NCBI GenBank assembly: GCA_964016885.1
Contig: OZ024742.1
Coordinates: 244,404,001 to 244,468,000 of the forward strand
Reading direction: 5' to 3'
Source: Eledone cirrhosa
Lineage: Eukaryota
DNA length: 64,000 nt
The first letter of the stretch is position 1; each line of letters opens with the position of its first letter. The notes under the pieces were generated by a model. The model was given only the letters and a program-made list of their open reading frames with translations. It was not told the origin of the DNA and did no database searches. Positions 15,001 to 30,000 of the stretch are shown in pieces. The translations under genes and the position numbers were made by a program.

Positions 15001-18000
15001 TACTCCCACTCATGCTCTTACTATTCTTGTCACTCTACTTCATTCTCTCCTACATTACTTCCACTCATGCTCTTACTATTCTTGTCACTCTACTCCATTC
15101 TCTCCTACATTACTCCCACTCATGCTCTTACTATTCTTGTAACTCTACTTCATTCTCTCCTACATTACTCCCACTCATGCTCTTACTATTCTTGTCACTC
15201 TACTTCATTCTCTCCTACATTACTCCCACTCATGCTCTTACTATTCTTGTCACTCTACTTCATTCTCTCCTATATTACTCCCACTCATGCTCTTATAATT
15301 CTTGTCACTCTACTCCATTCTCTCCTATATTACTCCCACTCATGCTCTTACTATTCTTGTCAATCTACTCCATTCTCTCCTACATTACTCCCACTCATGC
15401 TCTTACTATTCTTGTCACTCTACTTCATTCTCTCCTATATTACTCCCACTCATGCTCTTACTATTCTTGTCACTCTACTCCATTCTCTCCTACATTACTC
15501 CCACTCATGCTCTTACTATTCTTGTCACTCTACTCTATTCTCTCCTACAATACTCCCACTCATGCTCTTACTATTCTTGTCACTCTACTCCATTCTCTCC
15601 TTCATTACTCCCACTCATGCTCTTACTATTCTTGTCACTCTATTCCATTCTCTCCTACATTACTCCCACTCATGCTCTTACTATTCTTGTCACTCTACTC
15701 CATTCTCTCCTTCATTACTCCCACTCATGCTCTTACTATTCTTGTCACTCTACTCCATTCTCTCCCACATTACTCCCACTCATGCTCTTACTATTCTTGT
15801 CACTCTACTTCATTCTCTCCTACATTACTCCCACTCATGCTCTTACTATTCTTGTCACTCTACTCCATTCTCTCCTATATTACTCCCACTCATGCTCTTA
15901 TAATTCTTGTCACTCTACTCCATTCTCTCCTATATTACTCCCACTCATGCTCTTACTATTCTTGTCACTCTACTCCATTCTCTCCTATATTACTCCCACT
16001 CATGCTCTTACTATTCTTGTCACTCTACTCCATTCTCTCCTATATTACTCCCACTCATGCTCTTACTATTCTTGTCAATCTACTCCATTCTCTCCTACAT
16101 TACTCCCACTCATGCTCTTACTATTCTTCACACTCTACTTCATTCTCTCCTATATTACTCCCACTCATGCTCTTACTATTCTTGTCACTCTACTCCATTC
16201 TCTCCTATATTACTCCCACTCATGCTCTTACTATTCTTGTCACTCTACTCCATTCTCTCCTATATTACTCCCACTCATGCTCTTACTATTCTTGTCACTC
16301 AACTCCATTCTCTCCTATATTACTCCCACTCATGCTCTTACTATTCTTGTCACTCTACTCCATTCTCTCCTACATTACTCCCACTCATGCTCTTACTATT
16401 CTTGTCACTCTGCTCCATTCTCTCCTATATTACTCCCACTCATGCTCTTACTATTCTTGTCACTCTACTCCATTCTCTCCTATATTACTCCCACTCATGC
16501 TCTTATAATTCTTGTCACTCTACTCCATTCTCTCCTATATTACTCCCACTCATGCTCTTACTATTCTTGTCACTCTACTCCATTCTCTCCTATATTACTC
16601 CCACTCATGCTCTTACTATTCTTGTCACTCTACTCCATTCTCTCCTATATTACTCCCACTCATGCTCTTACTATTCTTGTCAATCTACTCCATTCTCTCC
16701 TACATTACTCCCACTCATGCTCTTACTATTCTTCACACTCTACTTCATTCTCTCCTATATTACTCCCACTCATGCTCTTACTATTCTTGTCACTCTACTC
16801 CATTCTCTCCTATATTACTCCCACTCATGCTCTTACTATTCTTGTCACTCTACTCCATTCTCTCCTATATTACTCCCACTCATGCTCTTACTATTCTTGT
16901 CACTCAACTCCATTCTCTCCTATATTACTCCCACTCATGCTCTTACCATTCTTGTCACTCTACTCCATTCTCTCCTACATTACTCCCACTCATGCTCTTA
17001 CTATTCTTGTCACTCTGCTCCATTCTCTCCTATATTACTCCCACTCATGCTCTTACTATTCTTGTCACTCTACTCCATTCTCTCCTACATTACTCCCACT
17101 CATGCTCTTACTATTCTTGTCACTCTACTCCATTCTCTCCTATATTACTCCCACTCATGCTCTTACTATTCTTGTCACTCTACTCCATTCTCTCCCACAT
17201 TACTCCCACTCATGCTCTTACTATTCTTGTCACTCTACTTCATTCTCTCCTACATTCTCTCCCACTCATGCTCTTACTATTCTTGTCACTCTACTCCATT
17301 CTCTCCTACATTACTCCCACTCATGCTCTTACTATTCTTGTCACTCTACTCCATTCTCTCCCACATTACTCCCACTCATGCTCTTACTATTCTTGTCACT
17401 CTACTTCATTCTCTCCTACATTACTCCCACTCATGCTCTTACTATTCTTGTCACTCTACTTCATTCTCTCCTATATTACTCCCACTCATGCTCTTACTAT
17501 TCTTGTCACTCTACTCCATTCTCTCCCACATTACTCCCAGTCATGCTCTTACTATTCTTGTCACTCTACTTCATTCTCTCCTACATTCTCTTCCACTCAT
17601 GCTCTTACTATTCTTGTCACTCTACTCCATTCTCTCCTACATTACTTCCACTCATGCTCTTACTATTCTTGTCACTCTACCCCATTCTCTCCTACATTAC
17701 TCCCACTCATGCTCTTACTATTCTTGTCACTCTACTTCATTCTCTCCTACATTACTCCCACTCATGCTCTTACTATTCTTGTCACTCTACTTCATTCTCT
17801 CCTACATTACTCCCACTCATGCTCTTACTATTCTTGTCACTCTACTTCATTCTCTCCTATATTACTCCCACTCATGCTCTTACAATTCTTGTCACTCTAC
17901 TCCATTCTCTCCTATATTACTCCCACTCATGCTCTTACTATTCTTGTCACTCTACTCCATTCTCTCCTATATTACTCCCACTCATGCTCTTACTATTCTT

Positions 18001-21000
18001 GTCACTCTACTCCATTCTCTCCTACATTACTCCCACTCATGCTCTTACTATTCTTGTCACTCTACTCCATTCTCTCCTATATTACTCCCACTCATGCTCT
18101 TACTATTCTTGTCAATCTACTCCATTCTCTCCTACATTACTCCCACTCATGCTCTTACTATTCTTCACACTCTACTTCATTCTCTCCTATATTACTCCCA
18201 CTCGTGCTCTTACTATTCTTGTCACTCTACTCCATTCTCTCCTATATTACTCCCACTCATGCTCTTACTATTCTTGTCACTCTACTCCATTCTCTCCTAT
18301 ATTACTCCCACTCATGCTCTTACTATTCTTGTCAATCTACTCCATTCTCTCCTACATTACTCCCACTCATGCTCTTACTATTCTTCACACTCTACTTCAT
18401 TCTCTCCTATATTACTCCCACTCATGCTCTTACTATTCTTGTCACTCTACTCCATTCTCTCCTATATTACTCCCACTCATGCTCTTACTATTCTTGTCAC
18501 TCTACTCCATTCTCTCCTATATTACTCCCACTCATGCTCTTACTATTCTTGTCACTCAACTCCATTCTCTCCTATATTACTCCCACTCATGCTCTTACTA
18601 TTCTTGTCACTCTACTCCATTCTCTCCTACATTACTCCCACTCATGCTCTTACTATTCTTGTCACTCTGCTCCATTCTCTCCTATATTACTCCCACTCAT
18701 GCTCTTACTATTCTTGTCACTCTACTCCATTCTCTCCTACATTACTCCCACTCATGCTCTTACTATTCTTGTCACTCTACTCCATTCTCTCCTATATTAC
18801 TCCCACTCATGCTCTTACTATTCTTGTCACTCTACTCCATTCTCTCCCACATTACTCCCACTCATGCTCTTACTATTCTTGTCACTCTACTTCATTCTCT
18901 CCTACATTCTCTCCCACTCATGCTCTTACTATTCTTGTCACTCTACTCCATTCTCTCCTACATTACTCCCACTCATGCTCTTACTATTCTTGTCACTCTA
19001 CTCCATTCTCTCCCACATTACTCCCACTCATGCTCTTACTATTCTTGTCACTCTACTTCATTCTCTCCTACATTACTCCCACTCATGCTCTTACTATTCT
19101 TGTCACTCTACTTCATTCTCTCCTATATTACTCCCACTCATGCTCTTACTATTCTTGTCACTCTACTCCATTCTCTCCCACATTACTCCCAGTCATGCTC
19201 TTACTATTCTTGTCACTCTACTTCATTCTCTCCTACATTCTCTTCCACTCATGCTCTTACTATTCTTGTCACTCTACTCCATTCTCTCCTACATTACTTC
19301 CACTCATGCTCTTACTATTCTTGTCACTCTACCCCATTCTCTCCTACATTACTCCCACTCATGCTCTTACTATTCTTGTCACTCTACTTCATTCTCTCCT
19401 ACATTACTCCCACTCATGCTCTTACTATTCTTGTCACTCTACTTCATTCTCTCCTACATTACTCCCACTCATGCTCTTACTATTCTTGTCACTCTACTTC
19501 ATTCTCTCCTATATTACTCCCACTCATGCTCTTATAATTCTTGTCACTCTACTCCATTCTCTCCTATATTACTCCCACTCATGCTCTTACTATTCTTGTC
19601 ACTCTACTCCATTCTCTCCTATATTACTCCCACTCATGCTCTTACTATTCTTGTCACTCTACTCCATTCTCTCCTATATTACTCCCACTCATGCTCTTAC
19701 TATTCTTGTCAATCTACTCCATTCTCTCCTACATTACTCCCACTCATGCTCTTACTATTCTTGTCACTCTACTTCATTCTCTCCTATATTACTCCCACTC
19801 ATGCTCTTACTATTCTTGTCACTCTACTCCATTCTCTCCTACATTACTCCCACTCATGCTCTTACTATTCTTGTCACTCTCCTCCATTCTCTCCTATATT
19901 ACTCCCACTCATGCTCTTACTATTCTTGTCACTCTACTCCATTCTCTCCTACATTACTCCCACTCATGCTCTTACTATTCTTGTCACTCTACTCCATTCT
20001 CTCCTACATTACTCCCACTCATGCTCTTACTATTCTTGTCACTCTACTTCATTCTCTCCTACATTACTCCCACTCATGCTCTTACTATTCTTGTCACTCT
20101 ACTCCATTCTCTCCTACATTACTCCCACTCATGCTCTTACTATTCTTGTCACTCTACTTCATTCTCTCCTACATTACTCCCACTCATGCTCTTACTATTC
20201 TTGTCACTCTACTCCATTCTCTCCTATATTACTCCCACTCATGCTCTTACTATTCTTGTCACTCTACTCCATTCTCTCCTACATTACTCCCACTCATGCT
20301 CTTACTATTCTTGTCACTCTACTTCATTCTCTCCTTCATTACTCCCACTCATGCTCTTACTATTCTTGTCACTCTACTCCATTCTCTCCTACATTACTCC
20401 CACTCATGCTCTTACTATTCTTGTCACTCTACTCCATTCTCTCCTACAATACTCCCACTCATGCTCTTACTATTCTTGTCACTCTACTCCATTCTCTCCT
20501 ATATTACTCCCACTCATGCTCTTACTATTCTTGTCACTCTACTCCATTCTCTCCCACATTACTCCCACTCATGCTCTTACTATTCTTGTCACTCTACTTC
20601 ATTCTCTCCTACATTCTCTCCCACTCATGCTCTTACTATTCTTGTCACTCTACTCCATTCTCTCCTACATTACTCCCACTCATGCTCTTACTATTCTTGT
20701 CACTCTACTACATTCTCTCCCACATTACTCCCACTCATGCTCTTACTATTCTTGTCACTCTACTTCATTCTCTCCTACATTACTCCCACTCATGCTCTTA
20801 CTATTCTTGTCACTGTACTCCATTCTCTCCTACATTACTCCCACTCATGCTCTTACTATTCTTGTCACTCTACTCCATTCTCTCCCACATTACTCCCACT
20901 CATGCTCTTACTATTCTTGTCACTCTACTTCATTCTCTCCTACATTACTCCCACTCATGCTCTTACTATTCTTGTCACTCTACTCCATTCTCTCCTACAT

Positions 21001-24000
21001 TACTCCCACTCATGCTCTTACTATTCTTGTCACTCTACTCCATTCTCTCCTACATTACTCCCACTCATGCTCTTACTATTCTTGTGACTCTACTTCATTT
21101 TCTCCTACATTACTCCCACTCATGCTCTTACTATTCTTGTCACTCTACTTCATTCTCTCCTACATTACTCCCACTCATGCTCTTACTATTCTTGTCACTC
21201 TACTTCATTCTCTCCCACATTACTCCCACTCATACTCTTACTATTCTTGTCACTCTACTTCATTCTCTCCTATATTACTCCCACTCATGCTCTTATTATT
21301 CTTGTCACTCTACTCCATTCTCTCCTATATTACTCCCACTCATGCTCTTACTATTCTTGTCACTCTACTCCATTCTCTCATATATTACTCCCACTCATGC
21401 TCTTACTATTCTTGTCACTCTACTCCATTCTCTCCTATATTACTCCCACTCATGCTCTTACTATTCTTGTCAATCTACTCCATTCTCTCCTACATTACTC
21501 CCACTCATGCTCTTACTATTCTTGTCACTCTACTTCATTCTCTCCTATATTACTCCCACTCATGCTCTTACTATTCTTGTCACTCTACTCCATTCTCTCC
21601 CACATTACTCCCACTCATGCTCTTACTATTCTTGTCACTCTACTCCATTCTCTCCTACATTACTTCCACTCATGCTCTTACTATTCTTGTCACTCTACCC
21701 CATTCTCTCCTACATTACTCCCACTCATGCTCTTACTATTCTTGTCACTCTACTTCATTCTCTCCTACATTACTCCCACTCATGCTCTTACTATTCTTGT
21801 CACTCTACTTCATTCTCTCCTACATTACTCCCACTCATGCTCTTACTATTCTTGTCACTCTACTTCATTCTCTCCTATATTACTCCCACTCATGCTCTTA
21901 TAATTCTTGTCACTCTACTCCATTCTCTCCTATATTACTCCCACTCATGCTCTTATAATTCTTGTCACTCTACTCCATTCTCTCCTATATTACTCCCACT
22001 CATGCTCTTACTATTCTTGTCACTCTACTCCATTCTCTCCTATATTACTCCCACTCATGCTCTTACTATTCTTGTCACTCTACTCCATTCTCTCCTATAT
22101 TACTCCCACTCATGCTCTTACTATTCTTGTCAATCTACTCCATTCTCTCCTACATTACTCCCACTCATGCTCTTACTATTCTTCACACTCTACTTCATTC
22201 TCTCCTATATTACTCCCACTCATGCTCTTACTATTCTTGTCACTCTACTCCATTCTCTCCTATATTACTCCCACTCATGCTCTTACTATTCTTGTCACTC
22301 TACTCCATTCTCTCCTATATTACTCCCACTCATGCTCTTACTATTCTTGTCACTCAACTCCATTCTCTCCTATATTACTCCCACTCATGCTCTTACTATT
22401 CTTGTCACTCTACTCCATTCTCTCCTACATTACTCCCACTCATGCTCTTACTATTCTTGTCACTCTGCTCCATTCTCTCCTATATTACTCCCACTCATGC
22501 TCTTACTATTCTTGTCACTCTACTCCATTCTCTCCTATATTACTCCCACTCATGCTCTTATAATTCTTGTCACTCTACTCCATTCTCTCCTATATTACTC
22601 CCACTCATGCTCTTACTATTCTTGTCACTCTACTCCATTCTCTCCTATATTACTCCCACTCATGCTCTTACTATTCTTGTCACTCTACTCCATTCTCTCC
22701 TATATTACTCCCACTCATGCTCTTACTATTCTTGTCAATCTACTCCATTCTCTCCTACATTACTCCCACTCATGCTCTTACTATTCTTCACACTCTACTT
22801 CATTCTCTCCTATATTACTCCCACTCATGCTCTTACTATTCTTGTCACTCTACTCCATTCTCTCCTATATTACTCCCACTCATGCTCTTACTATTCTTGT
22901 CACTCTACTCCATTCTCTCCTATATTACTCCCACTCATGCTCTTACTATTCTTGTCACTCAACTCCATTCTCTCCTATATTACTCCCACTCATGCTCTTA
23001 CTATTCTTGTCACTCTACTCCATTCTCTCCTACATTACTCCCACTCATGCTCTTACTATTCTTGTCACTCTGCTCCATTCTCTCCTATATTACTCCCACT
23101 CATGCTCTTACTATTCTTGTCACTCTACTCCATTCTCTCCTACATTACTCCCACTCATGCTCTTACTATTCTTGTCACTCTACTCCATTCTCTCCTATAT
23201 TACTCCCACTCATGCTCTTACTATTCTTGTCACTCTACTCCATTCTCTCCCACATTACTCCCACTCATGCTCTTACTATTCTTGTCACTCTACTTCATTC
23301 TCTCCTACATTCTCTCCCACTCATGCTCTTACTATTCTTGTCACTCTACTCCATTCTCTCCTACATTACTCCCACTCATGCTCTTACTATTCTTGTCACT
23401 CTACTCCATTCTCTCCCACATTACTCCCACTCATGCTCTTACTATTCTTGTCACTCTACTTCATTCTCTCCTACATTACTCCCACTCATGCTCTTACTAT
23501 TCTTGTCACTCTACTTCATTCTCTCCTATATTACTCCCACTCATGCTCTTACTATTCTTGTCACTCTACTCCATTCTCTCCCACATTACTCCCAGTCATG
23601 CTCTTACTATTCTTGTCACTCTACTTCATTCTCTCCTACATTCTCTCCACTCATGCTCTTACTATTCTTGTCACTCTACTCCATTCTCTCCTACATTACT
23701 TCCACTCATGCTCTTACTATTCTTGTCACTCTACCTCCATTCTCTCCTACATTACTCCCACTCATGCTCTTACTATTCTTGTCACTCTACTTCATTCTCT
23801 CCTACATTACTCCCACTCATGCTCTTACTATTCTTGTCACTCTACTTCATTCTCTCCTACATTACTCCCACTCATGCTCTTACTATTCTTGTCACTCTAC
23901 TTCATTCTCTCCTATATTACTCCCACTCATGCTCTTATAATTCTTGTCACTCTACTCCATTCTCTCCTATATTACTCCCACTCATGCTCTTACTATTCTT

Positions 24001-27000
24001 GTCACTCTACTCCATTCTCTCCTATATTACTCCCACTCATGCTCTTACTATTCTTGTCACTCTACTCCATTCTCTCCTATATTACTCCCACTCATGCTCT
24101 TACTATTCTTGTCAATCTACTCCATTCTCTCCTACATTACTCCCACTCATGCTCTTACTATTCTTGTCACTCTACTTCATTCTCTCCTATATTACTCCCA
24201 CTCATGCTCTTACTATTCTTGTCACTCTACTCCATTCTCTCCTACATTACTCCCACTCATGCTCTTACTATTCTTGTCACTCTCCTCCATTCTCTCCTAT
24301 ATTACTCCCACTCATGCTCTTACTATTCTTGTCACTCTACTCCATTCTCTCCTACATTACTCCCACTCATGCTCTTACTATTCTTGTCACTCTACTCCAT
24401 TCTCTCCTACATTACTCCCACTCATGCTCTTACTATTCTTGTCACTCTACTTCATTCTCTCCTACATTACTCCCACTCATGCTCTTACTATTCTTGTCAC
24501 TCTACTCCATTCTCTCCTACATTACTCCCACTCATGCTCTTACTATTCTTGTCACTCTACTTCATTCTCTCCTACATTACTCCCACTCATGCTCTTACTA
24601 TTCTTGTCACTCTACTCCATTCTCTCCTATATTACTCCCACTCATGCTCTTACTATTCTTGTCACTCTACTCCATTCTCTCCTACATTACTCCCACTCAT
24701 GCTCTTACTATTCTTGTCACTCTACTTCATTCTCTCCTTCATTACTCCCACTCATGCTCTTACTATTCTTGTCACTTTACTCCATTCTCTCCTACATTAC
24801 TCCCACTCATGCTCTTACTATTCTTGTCACTCTACTCCATTCTCTCCTACAATACTCCCACTCATGCTCTTACTATTCTTGTCACTCTACTCCATTCTCT
24901 CCTATATTACTCCCACTCATGCTCTTACTATTCTTGTCACTCTACTCCATTCTCTCCCACATTACTCCCACTCATGCTCTTACTATTCTTGTCACTCTAC
25001 TTCATTCTCTCCTACATTCTCTCCCACTCATGCTCTTACTATTCTTGTCACTCTACTCCATTCTCTCCTACATTACTCCCACTCATGCTCTTACTATTCT
25101 TGTCACTCTACTCCATTCTCTCCCACATTACTCCCACTCATGCTCTTACTATTCTTGTCACTCTACTTCATTCTCTCCTACATTACTCCCACTCATGCTC
25201 TTACTATTCTTGTCACTCTACTCCATTCTCTCCTACATTACTCCCACTCATGCTCTTACTATTCTTGTCACTCTACTCCATTCTCTCCCACATTACTCCC
25301 ACTCATGCTCTTACTATTCTTGTCACTCTACTTCATTCTCTCCTACATTACTCCCACTCATGCTCTTACTATTCTTGTCACTCTACTCCATTCTCTCCTA
25401 CATTACTCCCACTCATGCTCTTACTATTCTTGTCACTCTACTCCATTCTCTCCTACATTACTCCCACTCATGCTCTTACTATTCTTGTGACTCTACTTCA
25501 TTTTCTCCTACATTACTCCCACTCATGCTCTTACTATTCTGTCACTCTACTTCATTCTCTCCTACATTACTCCCACTCATGCTCTTACTATTCTTGTCAC
25601 TCTACTTCATTCTCTCCCACATTACTCCCACTCATACTCTTACTATTCTTGTCACTCTACTTCATTCTCTCCTATATTACTCCCACTCATGCTCTTATTA
25701 TTCTTGTCACTCTACTTCATTCTCTCCTATATTACTCCCACTCATGCTCTTACTATTCTTGTCACTCTACTCCATTCTCTCATATATTACTCCCACTCAT
25801 GCTCTTACTATTCTTGTCACTCTACTCCATTCTCTCCTATATTACTCCCACTCATGCTCTTACTATTCTTGTCAATCTACTCCATTCTCTCCTACATTAC
25901 TCCCACTCATGCTCTTACTATTCTTGTCACTCTACTTCATTCTCTCCTATATTACTCCCACTCATGCTCTTACTATTCTTGTCACTCTACTCCATTCTCT
26001 CCCACATTACTCCCACTCATGCTCTTACTATTCTTGTCACTCTACTTCATTCTCTCCTATATTACTCCCACTCATGCTCTTATTATTCTTGTCACTCTAC
26101 TCCATTCTCTCCTATATTACTCCCACTCATGCTCTTACTATTCTTGTCACTCTACACCATTCTCTCCTATATTACTCCCACTCATGCTCTTACTATTCTT
26201 GTCACTCAACTCCATTCTCTCCTATATTACTCCCACTCATGCTCTTACTATTCTTGTCACTCTACTCCATTCTCTCCTACATTACTCCCACTCATGCTCT
26301 TACTATTCTTGTCACTCTGCTCCATTCTCTCCTATATTACTCCCACTCATGCTCTTACTATTCTTGTCAATCTACTCCATTCTCTCCTACATTACTCCCA
26401 CTCATGCTCTTACTATTCTTGTCACTCTACTTCATTCTCTCCTATATTACTCCCACTCATGCTCTTACTATTCTTGTCACTCTACTCCATTCTCTCCCAC
26501 ATTACTCCCACTCATGCTCTTACTATTCTTGTCACTCTACTTCATTCTCTCCTACATTCTCTCCCACTCATGCTCTTACTATTCTTGTCACTCTACTCCA
26601 TTCTCTCCTACATTACTCCCAATCATGCTCTTACTATTCTTGTCACTCTACTCCATTCTCTCCCACATTACTCCCACTCATGCTCTTACTATTCTTGTCA
26701 CTCTACTTCATTCTCTCCTACATTACTCCCACTCATGCTCTTACTATTCTTGTCACTCTACTTCATTCTCTCCTATATTACTCCCACTCATGCTCTTACT
26801 ATTCTTGTCACTCTACTCCATTCTCTCCCACATTACTCCCAGTCATGCTCTTACTATTCTTGTCACTGTACTTCATTCTCTCCTACATTCTCTTCCACTC
26901 ATGCTCTTACTATTCTTGTCACTCTACTCCATTCTCTCCTACATTACTTCCACTCATGCTCTTACTATTCTTGTCACTCTACCCCATTCTCTCCTACATT

Positions 27001-30000
27001 ACTCCCACTCATGCTCTTACTATTCTTGTCACTCTACTTCATTCTCTCCTACATTACTCCCACTCATGCTCTTACTATTCTTGTCACTCTACTTCATTCT
27101 CTCCTACATTACTCCCACTCATGCTCTTACTATTCTTGTCACTCTACTTCATTCTCTCCTATATTACTACCACTCATGCTCTTATAATTCTTGTCACTCT
27201 ACTCCATTCTCTCCTATATTACTCCCACTCATGCTCTTACTATTCTTGTCACTCTACTCCATTCTCTCCTATATTACTCCCACTCATGCTCTTACTATTC
27301 TTGTCACTCTACTCCATTCTCTCCTATATTACTCCCACTCATGCTCTTACTATTCTTGTCAATCTACTCCATTCTCTCCTACATTACTCCCACTCATGCT
27401 CTTACTATTCTTGTCACTCTACTTCATTCTCTCCTATATTACTCCCACTCATGCTCTTACTATTCTTGTCACTCTACTCCATTCTCTCCTACATTACTCC
27501 CACTCATGCTCTTACTATTCTTGTCACTCTCCTCCATTCTCTCCTATATTACTCCCACTCATGCTCTTACTATTCTTGTCACTCTACTCCATTCTCTCCT
27601 ACATTACTCCCACTCATGCTCTTACTATTCTTGTCACTCTACTCCATTCTCTCCTACATTACTCCCACTCATGCTCTTACTATTCTTGTCACTCTACTTC
27701 ATTCTCTCCTACATTACTCCCACTCATGCTCTTACTATTCTTGTCACTCTACTCCATTCTCTCCTACATTACTCCCACTCATGCTCTTACTATTCTTGTC
27801 ACTCTACTTCATTCTCTCCTACATTACTCCCACTCATGCTCTTACTATTCTTGTCACTCTACTCCATTCTCTCCTATATTACTCCCACTCATGCTCTTAC
27901 TATTCTTGTCACTCTACTCCATTCTCTCCTACATTACTCCCACTCATGCTCTTACTATTCTTGTCAATCTACTTCATTCTCTCCTTCATTACTCCCACTC
28001 ATGCTCTTACTATTCTTGTCACTCTACTCCATTCTCTCCTACATTACTCCCACTCATGCTCTTACTATTCTTGTCACTCTACTCCATTCTCTCCTACAAT
28101 ACTCCCACTCATGCTCTTACTATTCTTGTCACTCTACTCCATTCTCTCCTATATTACTCCCACTCATGCTCTTACTATTCTTGTCACTCTACTCCATTCT
28201 CTCCTATATTACTCCCACTCATGCTCTTACTATTCTTGTCACTCTACTCCATTCTCTCCTATATTACTCCCACTCATGCTCTTACTATTCTTGTCACTCT
28301 ACTCCATTCTCTCCTACATTACTCCCACTCATGCTCTTACTATTCTTGTCACTCTGCTCCATTCTCTCCTATATTACTCCCACTCATGCTCTTACTATTC
28401 TTGTCACTCTACTCCATTCTCTCCTACATTACTCCCACTCATGCTCTTACTATTCTTGTCACTCTACTCCATTCTCTCCCACATTACTCCCACTCATGCT
28501 CTTACTATTCTTGTCACTCTACTTCATTCTCTCCTACATTCTCTCCCACTCATGCTCTTACTATTCTTGTCACTCTACTCCATTCTCTCCTACATTACTC
28601 CCACTCATGCTCTTACTATTCTTGTCACTCTACTCCATTCTCTCCTACATTACTCCCACTCATGCTCTTACTATTCTTGTGACTCTACTTCATTCTCTCC
28701 TACATTACTCCCACTCATGCTCTTACTATTCTTGTCACTCTACTTCATTCTCTCCTACATTACTCCCACTCATGCTCTTACTATTCTTGTCACTCTACTT
28801 CATTCTCTCCCACATTACTCCCACTCATGCTCTTACTATTCTTGTCACTCTACTTCATTCTCTCCTACATTACTCCCACTCATGCTCTTAATATTCTTGT
28901 CACTCTACTCCATTCTCTCCCACATTACTCCCACTCATGCTCTTACTATTCTTGTCACTCTACTTCATTCTCTCCTATATTACTCCCACTCATGCTCTTA
29001 TTATTCTTGTCACTCTACTCCATTCTCTCCTATATTACTCCCACTCATGCTCTTACTATTCTTGTCACTCTACTCCATTCTCTCCTATATTACTCCCACT
29101 CATGCTCTTACTATTCTTGTCACTCTACTCCATTCTCTCCTATATTACTCCCACTCATGCTCTTACTATTCTTGTCAATCTACTCCATTCTCTCCTACAT
29201 TACTCCCACTCATGCTCTTACTATTCTTGTCACTCTACTTCATTCTCTCCTATATTACTCCCACTCATGCTCTTACTATTCTTGTCACTCTACTCCATTC
29301 TCTCCTATATTACTCCCACTCATGCTCTTACTATTCTTGTCACTCTACTCCATTCTCTCCTATATTACTCCCACTCATGCTCTTACTATTCTTGTCACTC
29401 TACTCCATTCTCTCCCACATTACTCCCACTCATGCTCTTACTATTCTTGTCACTCTACTTCATTCTCTCCTACATTACTCCCACTCATGCTCTTACTATT
29501 CTTGTCACTCTACTTCATTCTCTCCTATATTACTCCCACTCATGCTCTTACTATTCTTGTCACTCTACTCCATTCTCTCCCACATTACTCCCACTCATGC
29601 TCTTACTATTCTTGTCACTCTACTTCATTCTCTCCTACATTCTCTTCCACTCATGCTCTTACTATTCTTGTCACTCTACTCCATTCTCTCCTACATTACT
29701 TCCACTCATGCTCTTACTATTCTTGTCACTCTACTCCATTCTCTCCTACATTACTTCCACTCATGCTCTTACTATTCTTGTCACTCTACTCCATTCTCTC
29801 CTACATTACTCCCACTCATGCTCTTACTATTCTTGTCACTCTACTTCATTCTCTCCTACATTACTCCCACTCATGCTCTTACTATTCTTGTCACTCTACT
29901 TCATTCTCTCCTACATTACTCCCACTCATGCTCTTACTATTCTTGTCACTCTACTTCATTCTCTCCTATATTACTCCCACTCATGCTCTTATAATTCTTG

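Noticed and set aside
23640-25545. Unique single-base indel monomers (TTCTCTCCAC 23641, CTACCTCCAT 23731, CTATTCTGTC 25534)
   Set aside because: Paralogous blocks lack them and they sit in short homopolymer or dinucleotide contexts, so they are probably consensus errors. Raw reads would be needed.
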